Shown: positions 37,401-50,520 of the stretch, in pieces
How positions within the stretch are numbered: position 1 is the first letter of the stretch
How the letters are laid out: the number at the start of each line of letters is the position of its first letter
NCBI GenBank assembly: GCA_964016885.1
Contig: OZ024745.1
Location: forward strand, 61,070,001-61,134,000
Length of the DNA: 64,000 nt
Direction: 5' to 3'
From: Eledone cirrhosa
Lineage: Eukaryota
Made by a program: the position numbers and the translations under genes
Notes under the pieces: model-generated
The model's database searches: none
Told to the model about the DNA's origin: nothing
Seen by the model: the letters and a program-made list of their open reading frames with translations, nothing else

Positions 37401-40400
37401 TCTCCTCAGATCACCTAGGTAACTGGTTGTATGGCTAGGACAGTTCTCCTCAGATCACCTAGGTAACTGTGGTTGTATGACTAGGACAGTTCTCCTCTGA
37501 TCACCTAGGTAACTGTGGTTGTATGGCTAGGATAGTTCTCCTCAGATCACCTAGGTAACTGTGGTTGTATGACTAGGACAGTTCTCCTCTGATCACCTAG
37601 GTAACTGTGGTTGTATGGCTAGGACAGTTCTCCTCAGATCACCTAGGTAACTGTGGTTGTATTGCTATGACAGTTCTCCTCTGATCACCTAGTTAACTGT
37701 GGTTGTATGACTAGGACAGTTCTCCTCAGATCACCTAGGTAACTGTGGTGGTATGGTTAGGACAGTTCTCCTCAGATCACCTAGGTAACTGTGGTGGTAT
37801 GGCTAGGACAGTTCTCCTCAGATCACCTAGGTAACTGTGCTTGTATGGCTAGGACAGTACTCCTCAGATCACCTAGGTAACTGTGGTTGTATTGCTATGA
37901 CAGTTCTCCTCAGATCACCTAGGTAACTGTGGTTGTATGACTAGGACAGTTCTCCTCAGATCACCTAGGTAACTGTGGTGGTATGGTTAGGACAGTTCTC
38001 CTCAGATCACCTAGGTAACTGTGGTGGTATGGCTAGGACAGTTCTCCTCAGATCACCTAGGTAACTGTGCTTGTATGGCTAGGACAGTACTCCTCAGATC
38101 ACCTAGGTAACTGTGGTGGTATGGCTAGGACAGTTCTCCTCAGATCACCTAGGTAACTGTGGTTGTATGGCTAGGAGAGTTCTCCTCAGATTATCTAGGT
38201 AACTGTGGTTGTATGGCTAGGACAGTTCTCCTCAGATCATCTAGGTAACTGTGGTTGTTTGGCTAGGACAGTTCTCCTCTGATCACCTAGGTAACTGTGG
38301 TTGTATTGCTAGGACAGTTCTCCTCAGATCACCTAGGTAACTGTGGTTGTATGGCTAGGACAGTTCTCCTCAGATCACCTAGGTAACTGTGGTTGTATTG
38401 CTAGGACAGTTCTCCTCTGATCACCTAGGTAACTGTGGTTGTATGGCTAGGACAGTTCTCCTCAGATCACCTAGGTAACTGTGGTTGTATTGCTAGGACA
38501 GTTCTCAGATCACCTAGGTAACTGATTGTATGGCTAGGACAGTTCTCAGATCACCTAGGTAACTGATTGTATGGCTAGGACAGTTCTCCTCAGATCACCT
38601 AAGTAACTGTGGTTGTATTGCTAGGACAGTTCTCCCCAGATCACCTAGGTAACTGATTGTATGGCTAGGACAGTTCTCCTCAGATCACCTAGGTAACTGT
38701 GGTTGTATGGCTAGGACAGTTCTCCTCAGAGCACCTAGGTAACTGTGGTTGTATGGCTAGGACAGTTCTCCTCAGATCACCTAGGTAACTGTGGTTGTAA
38801 TGCTAGGACAGTTCTCCTCTGATCACCTAGGTAACTGTGGTTGTATGACGAGGACAGTTCTCCCCAGATCACTTATGTAACGGTGGTCGTATGGCTAGGA
38901 CAGTTCTCCTCTGATCACCTAGGTAACTGTGGTGGTATGGCTAGGACAGTTCTCCTCTGATCACCTAGGTAACCGTGGTTGTATGGCTAGGACAGTTCTC
39001 CTCTGCTCACCTGTGTAACTGTGGTTGTATGACTAGGACAGTTCTCCTCTGATCACCTAGGTAACTGTGGTTGTATGGCTAGGACAGTTCTCCTCAGATC
39101 ACGTTGGTAAATGTGGTTGTATGAATAGGACAGTTCACCTCTGATCACCTAGGTAACTGTGGTTGTATGGCTAGGACAGTTCTCCTCTGATCACCTAGGT
39201 TACTGTGGTTGTATGGCTAGGACAGTTCTCCTCAGATCACCTAGGTAACTGTGGTTGTATTGCTAGGACAGTTCTCCTCAGATCACCTAGGTAACTGGTT
39301 GTATGGCTAGGACAGTTCTCCTCAGATCACCTAGGTAACTGTGGTTGTATGACTAGGACAGTTCTCCTCTGATCACCTAGGTAACTGTGGTTGTATGGCT
39401 AGGATAGTTCTCCTCAGATCACCTAGGTAACTGTGGTTGTATGACTAGGACAGTTCTCCTCTGATCACCTAGGTAACTGTGGTTGTATGGCTAGGACAGT
39501 TCTCCTCACATCACCTAGGTAACTGTGGTTGTATTGCTATGACAGTTCTCCTCTGATCACCTAGGTAACTGTGGTTGTATGGCTAGGACAGTTCTCCTCA
39601 GATCACCTAGGTAACTGTGGTGGTATGGTTAGGACAGTTCTCCTCAGATCACCTAGGTAACTGTGGTGGTATGGCTAGGACATTTCTCCTCAGATCACCT
39701 AGGTAACTGTGCTTGTATGGCTAGGACAGTACTCCTCAGATCACGTAGGTAACTGTGGTGGTATGGCTAGGACAGTTCTCCTCAGATCACCTAGGTAACT
39801 GTGGTTGTATGACGAGGACAGTTCTCCCCAGATCACTTATGTAACTGTGGTTGTATGGCTAGGACAGTTCTCCTCTGATCACCTAGGTAATGGTGGTTGT
39901 ATGGCTAGGACAGTTCTCCTCTGATCACCTGTGTAACTGTGGTTGTATGACTAGGACAGTTCTCCTCTGATCACCTAGGTAACTGTGGTTGTATGGCTAG
40001 GACAGTTCTCCTCAGATCACCTAGGTAACTGGTGGTATGGCTAGGACAGTTCTCCTCAGATCACCTAGGTAACTGTGGGTGTATGGCTAGGACAGTTCTC
40101 CTCTGATCACCTAGGTAACTGTGGTGGTATGGCTAGGACAGTTCTCCTCTGATCACCTAGGTAACTGTGGTTGTATGGCTAGGACAGTTCTCCTCAGATC
40201 ACCTAGGTAACTGTGGTTGTATGGCTAGGACAGTACTCCTCTGATCACCTAGGTAACTGTGGTTGTATTCCTAGGACAGTTCTACTCTGATCACCTAGGT
40301 AACTGTGGTTGTATTGCTAGGACAGTTCTCCTCAGATTACCTAGGTAACTGTGGTTGTATGGCTAGGACAGTTCTCCTCAGATCACCTAGGTAACTGTGT

Positions 40401-43400
40401 TTGTATGGCTAGGACAGTTCTTCTCAGATCACCTAGGTAACTGTGGTTGTATGGCTAGGACAGTTCTCCTCAGATCACCTAGGTAACTGATTATATGTCT
40501 AGGACAGTTCTCCCCTGATCACCTAGTTAACTGTGGTTGTATGGCTAGGACAGTTCTCCTCAGATCACCTAGGTAACTGTGGTTGTATGGCTAGGACAGT
40601 TCTCCTCAGATCACCTAGGTAACTGATTATATGTCTAGGACAGTTCTCCCCTGATCACCTAGTTAACTGTGGTTGTATGGCTAGGACAGTTCTCCTCAGA
40701 TCACCTAGGTAACTGTGGTTGTATTGCTAGGACAGTTCTCCCCAGATCACCTAGGTAACTGATTGTATGGCTAGGACAGTTCTCCCCTGATCACCTAGGT
40801 AACTGTGGTGGTATGGCTAGGACAGTTCTCCTCAGATCACCTAGGTAACTGTGGTTGTATGGCTAGGACAGTTCTCCTCAGATCACCTAGGTAACTGTGG
40901 TTGTAATGCTAGGACAGTTCTCCTCTGATCACCTAGGTAACTGTGGTTGTATGACGAGGACAGTTATCCCCAGATCACTTATGTAACGGTGGTCGTATGG
41001 CTAGGACAGTTCTCCTCTGATCACCTAGGTAACTGTGGTGGTATGGCTAGGACAGTTCTCCTCTGATCACCTAGGTAACGGTGGTTGTATGGCTAGGACA
41101 GTTCTCCTCTGCTCACCTGTGTAACTGTGGTTGTATGACTAGGACAGTTCTCCTCTGATCACCTAGGTAACTGTGGTTGTATGGCTAGGACAGGTCTCCT
41201 CAGATCACCTTGGTAACTGTGGTTGTATGAATAGGACAGTTCACCTCTGATCACCTAGGTAACTGTGGTTGTATGGCTGTAACAGTTCTCCTCAGATCAC
41301 CTAGGTAACTGTGGTGGTATGGCTAGGACAGTTCTCCTCAGATCACCTAGGTAACTGTGGTTGTATGACTAGGACATTTCTCCTCTGATCACCTAGGTAA
41401 CTGTGGTTGTATGGCTAGGACAGTTCTCCTCAGATCACCTAGGTAACTGTGGTTGTATTGCTAGGACAGTTCTCCTCTGATCACCTAGGTAACTGTGGTT
41501 GTATGGCTAGGACAGTTCTCCTCAGATCACCTAGGTAACTGTGGTTGTATTGCTAGGACAGTTCTCCCCAGATCACCTAGGTAACTGATTGTATGGCTAG
41601 GACAGTTCTCCCCTGATCACCTAGGTAACTGTGGTTGTATGGCTAGGACAGTTCTCCTCAGATCACCTAGGTAACTGTGGTTGTATGGCTAGGACAGTTC
41701 TCCTCAGATCACCTAGGTAACTGTGGTTGTATGGCTAGGACAGTTCTCCTCTGATCACCTAGGTAACTGTGGTTGTATGATGAGGACAGTTCTCCCCAGA
41801 TCACTTATGTAATGGTGGTCGTATGTCTAGGACAGTTCTCCTCTGATCACCTAGGTAACTGTGGTGGTATGGCTAGGACAGTTCTCCTCTGATCACCTAG
41901 GTAACGGTGGTTGTATGGCTAGAACAGTTCTCCTCTGCTCACCTGTGTAACTGTGGTTGTATGACTAGGACAGTTCACCTCTGATCACCTAGGTAACTGT
42001 GGTTGTATGGCTAGGACAGTTCTCCTCAGATCACCTTGGTAACTGTGGTTGTATGAATAGGACAGTTCACCTCTGATCACCTAGGTAACTGTGGTTGTAT
42101 GGCTAGGACAGTTCTCCTCAGATCACCTAGGTAACTGGTTGTATGGCTAGGACAGTTCTCCTCAGATCACCTAGGTAACTGTGGTTGTATGACTAGGACA
42201 GTTCTCCTCTGATCACCTAGGTAACTGTGGTTGTATGGCTAGGATAGTTCTCCTCAGATCACCTAGGTAACTGTGGTTGTATGACTAGGACAGTTCTCTT
42301 CTGATCACCTAGGTAACTGTGGTTGTATGGCTAGGACAGTTCTCCTCAGATCACCTAGGTAACTGTGGTTGTATTGCTATGACAGTTCTCCTCTGATCAC
42401 CTAGGTAACTGTGGTTGTATGTCTAGGACAGTTCTCCTCTGATCACCTAGGTAACTGTGGTTGTATGGCTAGGACAGTTCTCCTCAGATCACCTAGGTAA
42501 CGGTGGTCGTATGGCTAGGACAGTTCTCCTCTGATCACCTAGGTAACTGTGGTGGTATGGTTAGGACAGTTCTCCTCAGATCACCTAGGTAACTGGTGGT
42601 ATGGCTAGGACAGTTCTCCTCAGATCACCTAGGTAACTGTGCTTGTATGGCTAGGACAGTACTCCTCAGATCACCTAGGTAACTGTGGTGGTATGGCTAG
42701 GACAGTTCTCCTCAGATCACCTAGGTAACTGTGGTTGTATGGCTAGGACAGTTCTCCTCAGATCACCTAGGTAACTGTGGTTGTATTGCTAGGACAGTTC
42801 TCCTCTGATCACCTAGGTAACTGTGGTTGTATGGCTAGGACAGTTCTCCTCAGATCACCTAGGTAACTGTGGTTGTATTGCTAGGACAGTTCTCAGATCA
42901 CCTAGGTAACTGATTGTATGGCTAGGACAGTTCTCAGATCACCTAGGTAACTGATTGTATGGCTAGGACAGTTCTCCTCAGATCACCTAGGTAACTGTGG
43001 TGGTATGGCTAGGACAGTTCTCCTCAGATCACCTAGGTAACTGTGGTTGTATTGCTAGGACAGTTCTCCCCAGATCACCTAGGTAACTGATTGTATGGCT
43101 AGGACAGTTCTCCCCTGATCACCTAGGTAACTGTGGTGGTATGGCTAGGACAGTTCTCCTCAGATCACCTAGGTAACTGTGGTTGTATGGCTAGGACAGT
43201 TCTCCTCAGATCACCTAGGTAACTGTGGTTGTAATGCTAGGACAGTTCTCCTCTGATCACCTAGGTAACTGTGGTTGTATGACGAGGACAGTTATCCCCA
43301 GATCACTTATGTAACGGTGGTCGTATGGCTAGGACAGTTCTCCTCTGATCACCTAGGTAACTGTGGTGGTATGGCTAGGACAGTTCTCCTCTGATCACCT

Positions 43401-46400
43401 AGGTAACGGTGGTTGTATGGCTAGGACAGTTCTCCTCTGCTCACCTGTGTAACTGTGGTTGTATGACTAGGACAGTTCTCCTCTGCTCACCTGTGTAACT
43501 GTGGTTGTATGAATAGGACAGTTCACCTCTGATCACCTAGGTAACTGTGGTTGTATGGCTAGGACAGTTCTCCTCAGATCACCTAGGTAACTGTGGTGGT
43601 ATGGCTAGGACAGTTCTCCTCAGATCACCTAGGTAACTGTGGTTGTATGACTAGGACAGTTCTCCTCTGATCACCTAGGTAACTGTGGTTGTATGGCTAG
43701 GACAGTTCTCCTCAGATCACCTAGGTAACTGTGGTTGTATTGCTAGGACAGTTCTCCTCTGATCACCTAGGTAACTGTGGTTGTATGGCTAGGACAGTTC
43801 TCCTCAGATCACCTAGGTAACTGTGGTTGTATTGCTAGGACAGTTCTCCCCAGATCACCTAGGTAACTGATTGTATGGCTAGGACAGTTCTCCCCTGATC
43901 ACCTAGGTAACTGTGGTTGTATGGCTAGGACAGTTCTCCTCAGATCACCTAGGTAACTGTGGTTGTATGGCTAGGACAGTTCTCCTCTGATCACCTAGGT
44001 AACTGTGGTTGTATGATGAGGACAGTTCTCCCCAGATCACTTATGTAATGGTGGTCGTATGGCTAGGACAGTTCTCCTCTGATCACCTAGGTAACTGTGG
44101 TGGTATGGCTAGGACAGTTCTCCTCTGATCACCGAGGTAACGGTGGTTGTATGGCTAGAACAGTTCTCCTCTGCTCACCTGTGTAACTGTGGTTGTATGA
44201 CTAGGACAGGTCTCCTCTGATCACCTAGGTAACTGTGGTTGTATGGCTAGGACAGTTCTCCTCAGATCACCTTGGTAACTGTGGTTGTATGAATAGGACA
44301 GTTCACCTCTGATCACCTAGGTAACTGTGGTTGTATGGCTAGGACAGTTCTCCTCAGATCACCTAGGTAACTGGTTGTATGGCTAGGACAGTTCTCCTCA
44401 GATCACCTAGGTAACTGTGGTTGTATGACTAGGACAGTTCTCCTCTGATCACCTAGGTAACTGTGGTTGTATGGCTAGGATAGTTCTCCTCAGATCACCT
44501 AGGTAACTGTGGTTGTATGACTAGGACAGTTCTCCTCTGATCACCTAGGTAACTGTGGTTGTATGGCTAGGACAGTTCTCCTCAGATCACCTAGGTAACT
44601 GTGGTTGTATTGCTATGACAGTTCTCCTCTGATCACCTAGGTAACTGTGGTTGTATGACTAGGACAGTTCTCCTCAGATCACCTAGGTAACTGTGGTGGT
44701 ATGGTTAGGACAGTTCTCCTCAGATCACCTAGGTAACTGTGGTGGTATGGCTAGGACAGTTCTCCTCAGATCACCTAGGTAACTGTGCTTGTATGGCTAG
44801 GACAGTACTCCTCAGATCACCTAGGTAACTGTGGTTGTATTGCTATGACAGTTCTCCTCAGATCACCTAGGTAACTGTGGTTGTATGACTAGGACAGTTC
44901 TCCTCAGATCACCTAGGTAACTGTGGTTGTATTGCTATGACAGTTCTCCTCTGATCACCTAGTTAACTGTGGTTGTATGACTAGGACAGTTCTCCTCAGA
45001 TCACCTAGGTAACTGTGGTGGTATGGTTAGGACAGTTCTCCTCAGATCACCTAGGTAACTGTGGTGGTATGGCTAGGACAGTTCTCCTCAGATCACCTAG
45101 GTAACTGTGGTTGTATGGCTAGGAGAGTTCTCCTCAGATTATCTAGGTAACTGTGGTTGTATGGCTAGGACAGTTCTCCTCAGATCATCTAGGTAACTGT
45201 GGTTGTTTGGCTAGGACAGTTCTCCTCTGATCACCTAGGTAACTGTGGTTGTATTGCTAGGATAGTTCTCCTCAGATCACCTAGGTAACTGTGGTTGTAT
45301 GGCTAGGACAGTTCTCCTCAGATCACCTAGGTAACTGTGGTTGTATTGCTAGGACAGTTCTCCTCTGATCACCTAGGTAACTGTGGTTGTATGGCTAGGA
45401 CAGTTCTCCTCAGATCACCTAGGTAACTGTGGTTGTATTGCTAGGACAGTTCTCAGATCACCTAGGTAACTGATTGTATGGCTAGGACAGTTCTCAGATC
45501 ACCTAGGTAACTGATTGTATGGCTAGGACAGTTCTCCTCAGATCACCTAAGTAACTGTGGTTGTATTGCTAGGACAGTTCTCCCCAGATCACCTAGGTAA
45601 CTGATTGTATGGCTAGGACAGTTCTCCTCAGATCACCTAGGTAACTGTGGTTGTATGGCTAGGACAGTTCTCCTCAGAGCACCTAGGTAACTGTGGTTGT
45701 ATGGCTAGGACAGTTCTCCTCAGATCACCTAGGTAACTATGGTTGTAATGCTAGGACAGTTCTCCTCTGATCACCTAGGTAACTGTGGTTGTATGACGAG
45801 GACAGTTCTCCCCAGATCACTTATGTAACGGTGGTCGTATGGCTAGGACAGTTCTCCTCTGATCACCTAGGTAACTGTGGTGGTATGGCTAGGACAGTTC
45901 TCCTCTGATCAGCTAGGTAACGGTGGTTGTATGGCTAGGACAGTTCTCCTCTGCTCACCTTTGTAACTGTGGTTGTATGACTAGGACAGTTCTCCTCTGA
46001 TCACCTAGGTAACTGTGGTTGTATGGCTAGGACAGTTCTCCTCAGATCACGTTGGTAAATGTGGTTGTATGAATAGGACAGTTCACCTCTGATCACCTAG
46101 GTAACTGTGGTTGTATGGCTAGGACAGTTCTCCTCAGATCACCTAGGTAACTGTGGTGGTATGGCTAGTACAGTTCTCCTCAGATCACCTAGGTAACTGT
46201 GGTTGTATGACTAGGACAGTTCTCCTCTGATCACCTAGGTTACTGTGGTTGTATGGCTAGGACAGTTCTCCTCAGATCACCTAGGTAACTGTGGTTGTAT
46301 TGCTAGGACAGTTCTCCTCAGATCACCTAGGTAACTGGTTGTATGGCTAGGACAGTTCTCCTCAGATCACCTAGGTAACTGTGGTTGTATGACTAGGACA

Positions 46401-47420
46401 GTTCTCCTCTGATCACCTAGGTAACTGTGGTTGTATGGCTAGGATAGTTCTCCTCAGATCACCTAGGTAACTGTGGTTGTATGACTAGGACAGTTCTCCT
46501 CTGATCACCTAGGTAACTGTGGTTGTATGGCTAGGACAGTTCTCCTCAGATCACCTAGGTAACTGTGGTTGTATTGCTATGACAGTTCTCCTCTGATCAC
46601 CTAGGTAACTGTGGTTGTATGGCTAGGACAGTTCTCCTCAGATCACCTAGGTAACTGTGGTGGTATGGCTAGGACATTTCTCCTCAGATCACCTAGGTAA
46701 CTGTGCTTGTATGGCTAGGACAGTACTCCTCAGATCACGTAGGTAACTGTGGTGGTATGGCTAGGACAGTTCTCCTCAGATCACCTAGGTAACTGTGGTT
46801 GGATGACGAGGACAGTTCTCCCCAGATCACTTATGTAACTGTGGTTGTATGGCTAGGACAGTTCTCCTCTGATGACCTAGGTAACTGTGGTTGTATGGCT
46901 AGGACAGTTCTCCTCAGATCACCTAGGTAACTGTGGTTGTATGACTAGGACAGTTCTCCTCTGATCACCTAGGTAACTGTGGTTGTATGGCTAGGACAGT
47001 TCTCCTCAGATCACCTAGGTAACTGGTGGTATGGCTAGGACAGTTCTCCTCAGATCACCTAGGTAACTGTGGGTGTATGGCTAGGACAGTTCTCCTCTGA
47101 TCACCTAGGTAACTGTGGTGGTATGGCTAGGACAGTTCTCCTCTGATCACCTAGGTAACTGTGGTTGTATGGCTAGGACAGTTCTCCTCAGATCACCTAG
47201 GTAACTGTGGTTGTATGGCTAGGACAGTTCTCCTCAGATCACCTAGGTACCTGTGGTTGTATGGCTAGGACAGTACTCCTCTGATCACCTAGGTAACTGT
47301 GGTTGTATTCCTAGGACAGTTCTACTCTGATCACCTAGGTAACTGTGGTTGTATGGCTAGGACAGTTCTCCTCAGATTACCTAGGTAACTGTGGTTGTAT
47401 GGCTAGGACAGTTCTCCTCA
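34500..47420. repeat. Segmental duplication within the array, offset about 6.95-7.04 kb (~34500-40400 vs ~41500-47420)
   Basis: gtcgtatgtct 34821/41823 (7002); gagcacc 38731/45679 and acgttggtaaatg 39101/46049 (6948); ggacatttc 39681/46675 and aactgtgggt 40071/47065 (6994); ggttactg 39201/46241 and gttgtattcc 40261/47301 (7040). The later offsets step by whole 46-bp units. Confidence 0.82.
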
Positions 47421-48149
47421 GATCACCTAGGTAACTGTGGTTGTATGGCTAGGACAGTTCTCCTCTGATCACCTAGGTAACTGTGGTTGTATGGCTAGGA
47501 CAGTTCTCCTCAGATCACCTAGGTAACTGTGGTGGTATGGCGAGGACAGTTCTCCTCAGATCACCTAGGTAACTGTGGTTATATTGCTAGAACAGTTCTT
47601 CTCAGATCACCTAGGTAACTGTGGTTGTATGGCTAGGACAGTTCTCCTCTGATCACCTAGGTAACGGTGGTTGTATGGCTAGGACAGTTCTCCTCTGCTC
47701 ACCTGTGTAACTGTGGTTGTATGACTAGGACAGTTCTCCTCTGATCACCTAGGTAACTGTGGTTGTATGGCTAGGACAGTTCTCCTCAGATCACCTTGGT
47801 AACTGTGGTTATATGAATAGGACAGTTCACCTCTGATCACCTAGGTAACTGTGGTTGTATGGCTAGGACAGTTCTCCTCTGATCACCTAGGTAACTGTGG
47901 TTGTATGGCTAGGACAGTTCTCCTCAGATCACCTAGGTAACTGTGGTTGTATTGCTAGGACAGTTCTCAGATCACCTAGGTAACTGATTGTATGGCTAGG
48001 GCAGTTATCCTCAGATCACCTAGGTAACTGTGGTTGTATGCCTAGGACAGTTCTCCTCAGATCACCTAGGTAACTGTGGTTGTATGGCTAGGACAGTTCT
48101 CCTCTGATCACCTAGGTAACTGTGGTGGTATGGCTAGGACAGTTCTCCT

Positions 48150-50520
48150 CAGATCACCTAGGTAACTGTGGTTGTATGGCTAGGACAGTTCTCCTCTGAT
48201 CACCTAGGTAACTGTGGTTGTATGGCTAGGACAGTTCTCCTCTGATCACCTAGGTAACTGTGGTTGTATGGCTAGGACAGTTCTCCTCTGATCACCTAGG
48301 TAACTGTGGTGGTATGGCTAGGACAGTACTCCTCAGATCACCTAGGTAACTGTGGTGGTATGGCTAGGATAGTTCTCCTCTGATCACCTAGGTAACGGTG
48401 GTTGTATGGCTAGGACAGTTCTCCTCTGATCACCTGTGTAACTGTGGTTGTATGACTAGGACAGTTCTCCTCTGATCACCTAGGTAACTGTGGTTGTATG
48501 GCTAGGACAGTTCTCCTCAGATCACCTAGGTAACTGGTGGTATGGCTAGGACAGTTCTCCTCAGATCACCTATGTAACTGTGGTTGTATGGCTAGGACAG
48601 TTCTCCTCTGATCACCTAGGTAACTGTGGTGGTATGGCTAGGACAGTTCTCCTCTGATCACCTAGGTAACTGTGGTTGTATGGCTAGGACAGTTCTCCTC
48701 AGATCACCTAGGTACCTGTGGTTGTATGGCTAGGACAGTTCTCCTCTGATCACCTAGGTAACTGTGGTGGTATGGCTAGGACAGTTCTCCTCTGATCACC
48801 TAGGTAACTGTGGTGGTATGGCTAGGACAGTTCTCCTCTGATCACCTAGGTAACTGTGGTTGTATGGCTAGGACAGTTCTCCTCAGATCACCTTGGTAAC
48901 TGTGGTTGTATGAATAGGACAGTTCACCTCTGATCACCTAGGTAACTGTGGTGGTATGGCTAGGACAGTTCTCCTCTGATCACCTAGGTAACTGTGGTTG
49001 TATGGCTAGGACAGTTCTCCTCTGATCACCTAGGTAACTGTGGTGGTATGGCTAGGACAGTTCTCCTCAGATCACCTAGGTAACTGTGGTGGTATGGCTA
49101 GGACAGTTCTCCTCTGATCACCTAGGTAATGGTGGTTGTATGGCTAGGACAGTTCTCCTCTGATCACCTAGGTAACTGTGGTTGTATGGCTAGGACAGTT
49201 CTCCTCAGATCACCTAGGTAACTGGTGGTATGGCTAGGACAGTTCTCCTCAGATCACCTAGGTAACTGTGGTTGTATGGCTAGGACAGTTCTCCTCTGAT
49301 CACCTAGGTAACTGTGGTGGTATGGCTAGGACAGTTCTCCTCTGATCACCTAGGTAACTGTGGTTGTATGGCTAGGACAGTTCTCCTCTGATCACCTAGG
49401 TAACTGTGGTTGTATGGCTAGGACAGTTCTCCTCTGATCACCTAGGTAACTGTGGTTGTATGGCTAGGACAGTTCTCCTCTGATCACCTAGGTAACTGTG
49501 GTGGTATGGCTAGGACAGTTCTCCTCAGATCACCTAGGTAACTGTGGTGGTATGGCTAGGACAGTTCTCCTCTGATCACCTAGGTAACGGTGGTTGTATG
49601 GCTAGGACAGTTCTCCTCTGATCACCTGTGTAACTGTGGTTGTATGACTAGGACAGTTCTCCTCTGATCACCTAGGTAACTGTGGTTGTATGGCTAGGAC
49701 AGTTCTCCTCAGATCACCTAGGTAACTGGTGGTATGGCTAGGACAGTTCTCCTCAGATCCCATAGGAAACTGTGGTTGTATGGCTAGGACAGTTCTCCTC
49801 TGATCACCTAGGTAACTGTGGTGGTATGGCTAGGACAGTTCTCCTCTGATCACCTAGGTAACTGTGGTTGTATGGCTAGGACAGTTCTCCTCAGATCACC
49901 TAGGTACCTGTGGTTGTATGGCTAGGACAGTTCTCCTCTGATCACCTAGGTAACTGTGGTGGTATGGCTAGGACAGTTCTCCTCTGATCACCTAGGTAAC
50001 TGTGGTGGTATGGCTAGGACAGTTCTCCTCTGATCACCTAGGTAACTGTGGTTGTATGGCTAGGACAGTTCTCCTCAGATCACCTTGGTAACTGTGGTTG
50101 TATGAATAGGACAGTTCACCTCTGATCACCTAGGTAACTGTGGTGGTATGGCTAGGACAGTTCTCCTCTGATCACCTAGGTAACTGTGGTTGTATGGCTA
50201 GGACAGTTCTCCTCTGATCACCTAGGTAACTGTGGTGGTATGGCTAGGACAGTTCTCCTCAGATCACCTAGGTAACTGTGGTGGTATGGCTAGGACAGTT
50301 CTCCTCTGATCACCTAGGTAACGGTGGTTGTATGGCTAGGACAGTTCTCCTCTGATCACCTGTGTAACTGTGGTTGTATGACTAGGACAGTTCTCCTCTG
50401 ATCACCTAGGTAACTGTGGTTGTATGGCTAGGACAGTTCTCCTCAGATCACCTAGGTAACTGGTGGTATGGCTAGGACAGTTCTCCTCAGATCACCTAGG
50501 TAACTGTGGTTGTATGGCTA
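48150..50520. repeat. Tandem duplication of 1192 bp (26 monomers)
   Basis: cacctgtgta 48431/49623, ggtacctg 48711/49903 and tgaatagg 48911/50103 are all offset by 1192 = 26x46-4. Confidence 0.78.
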
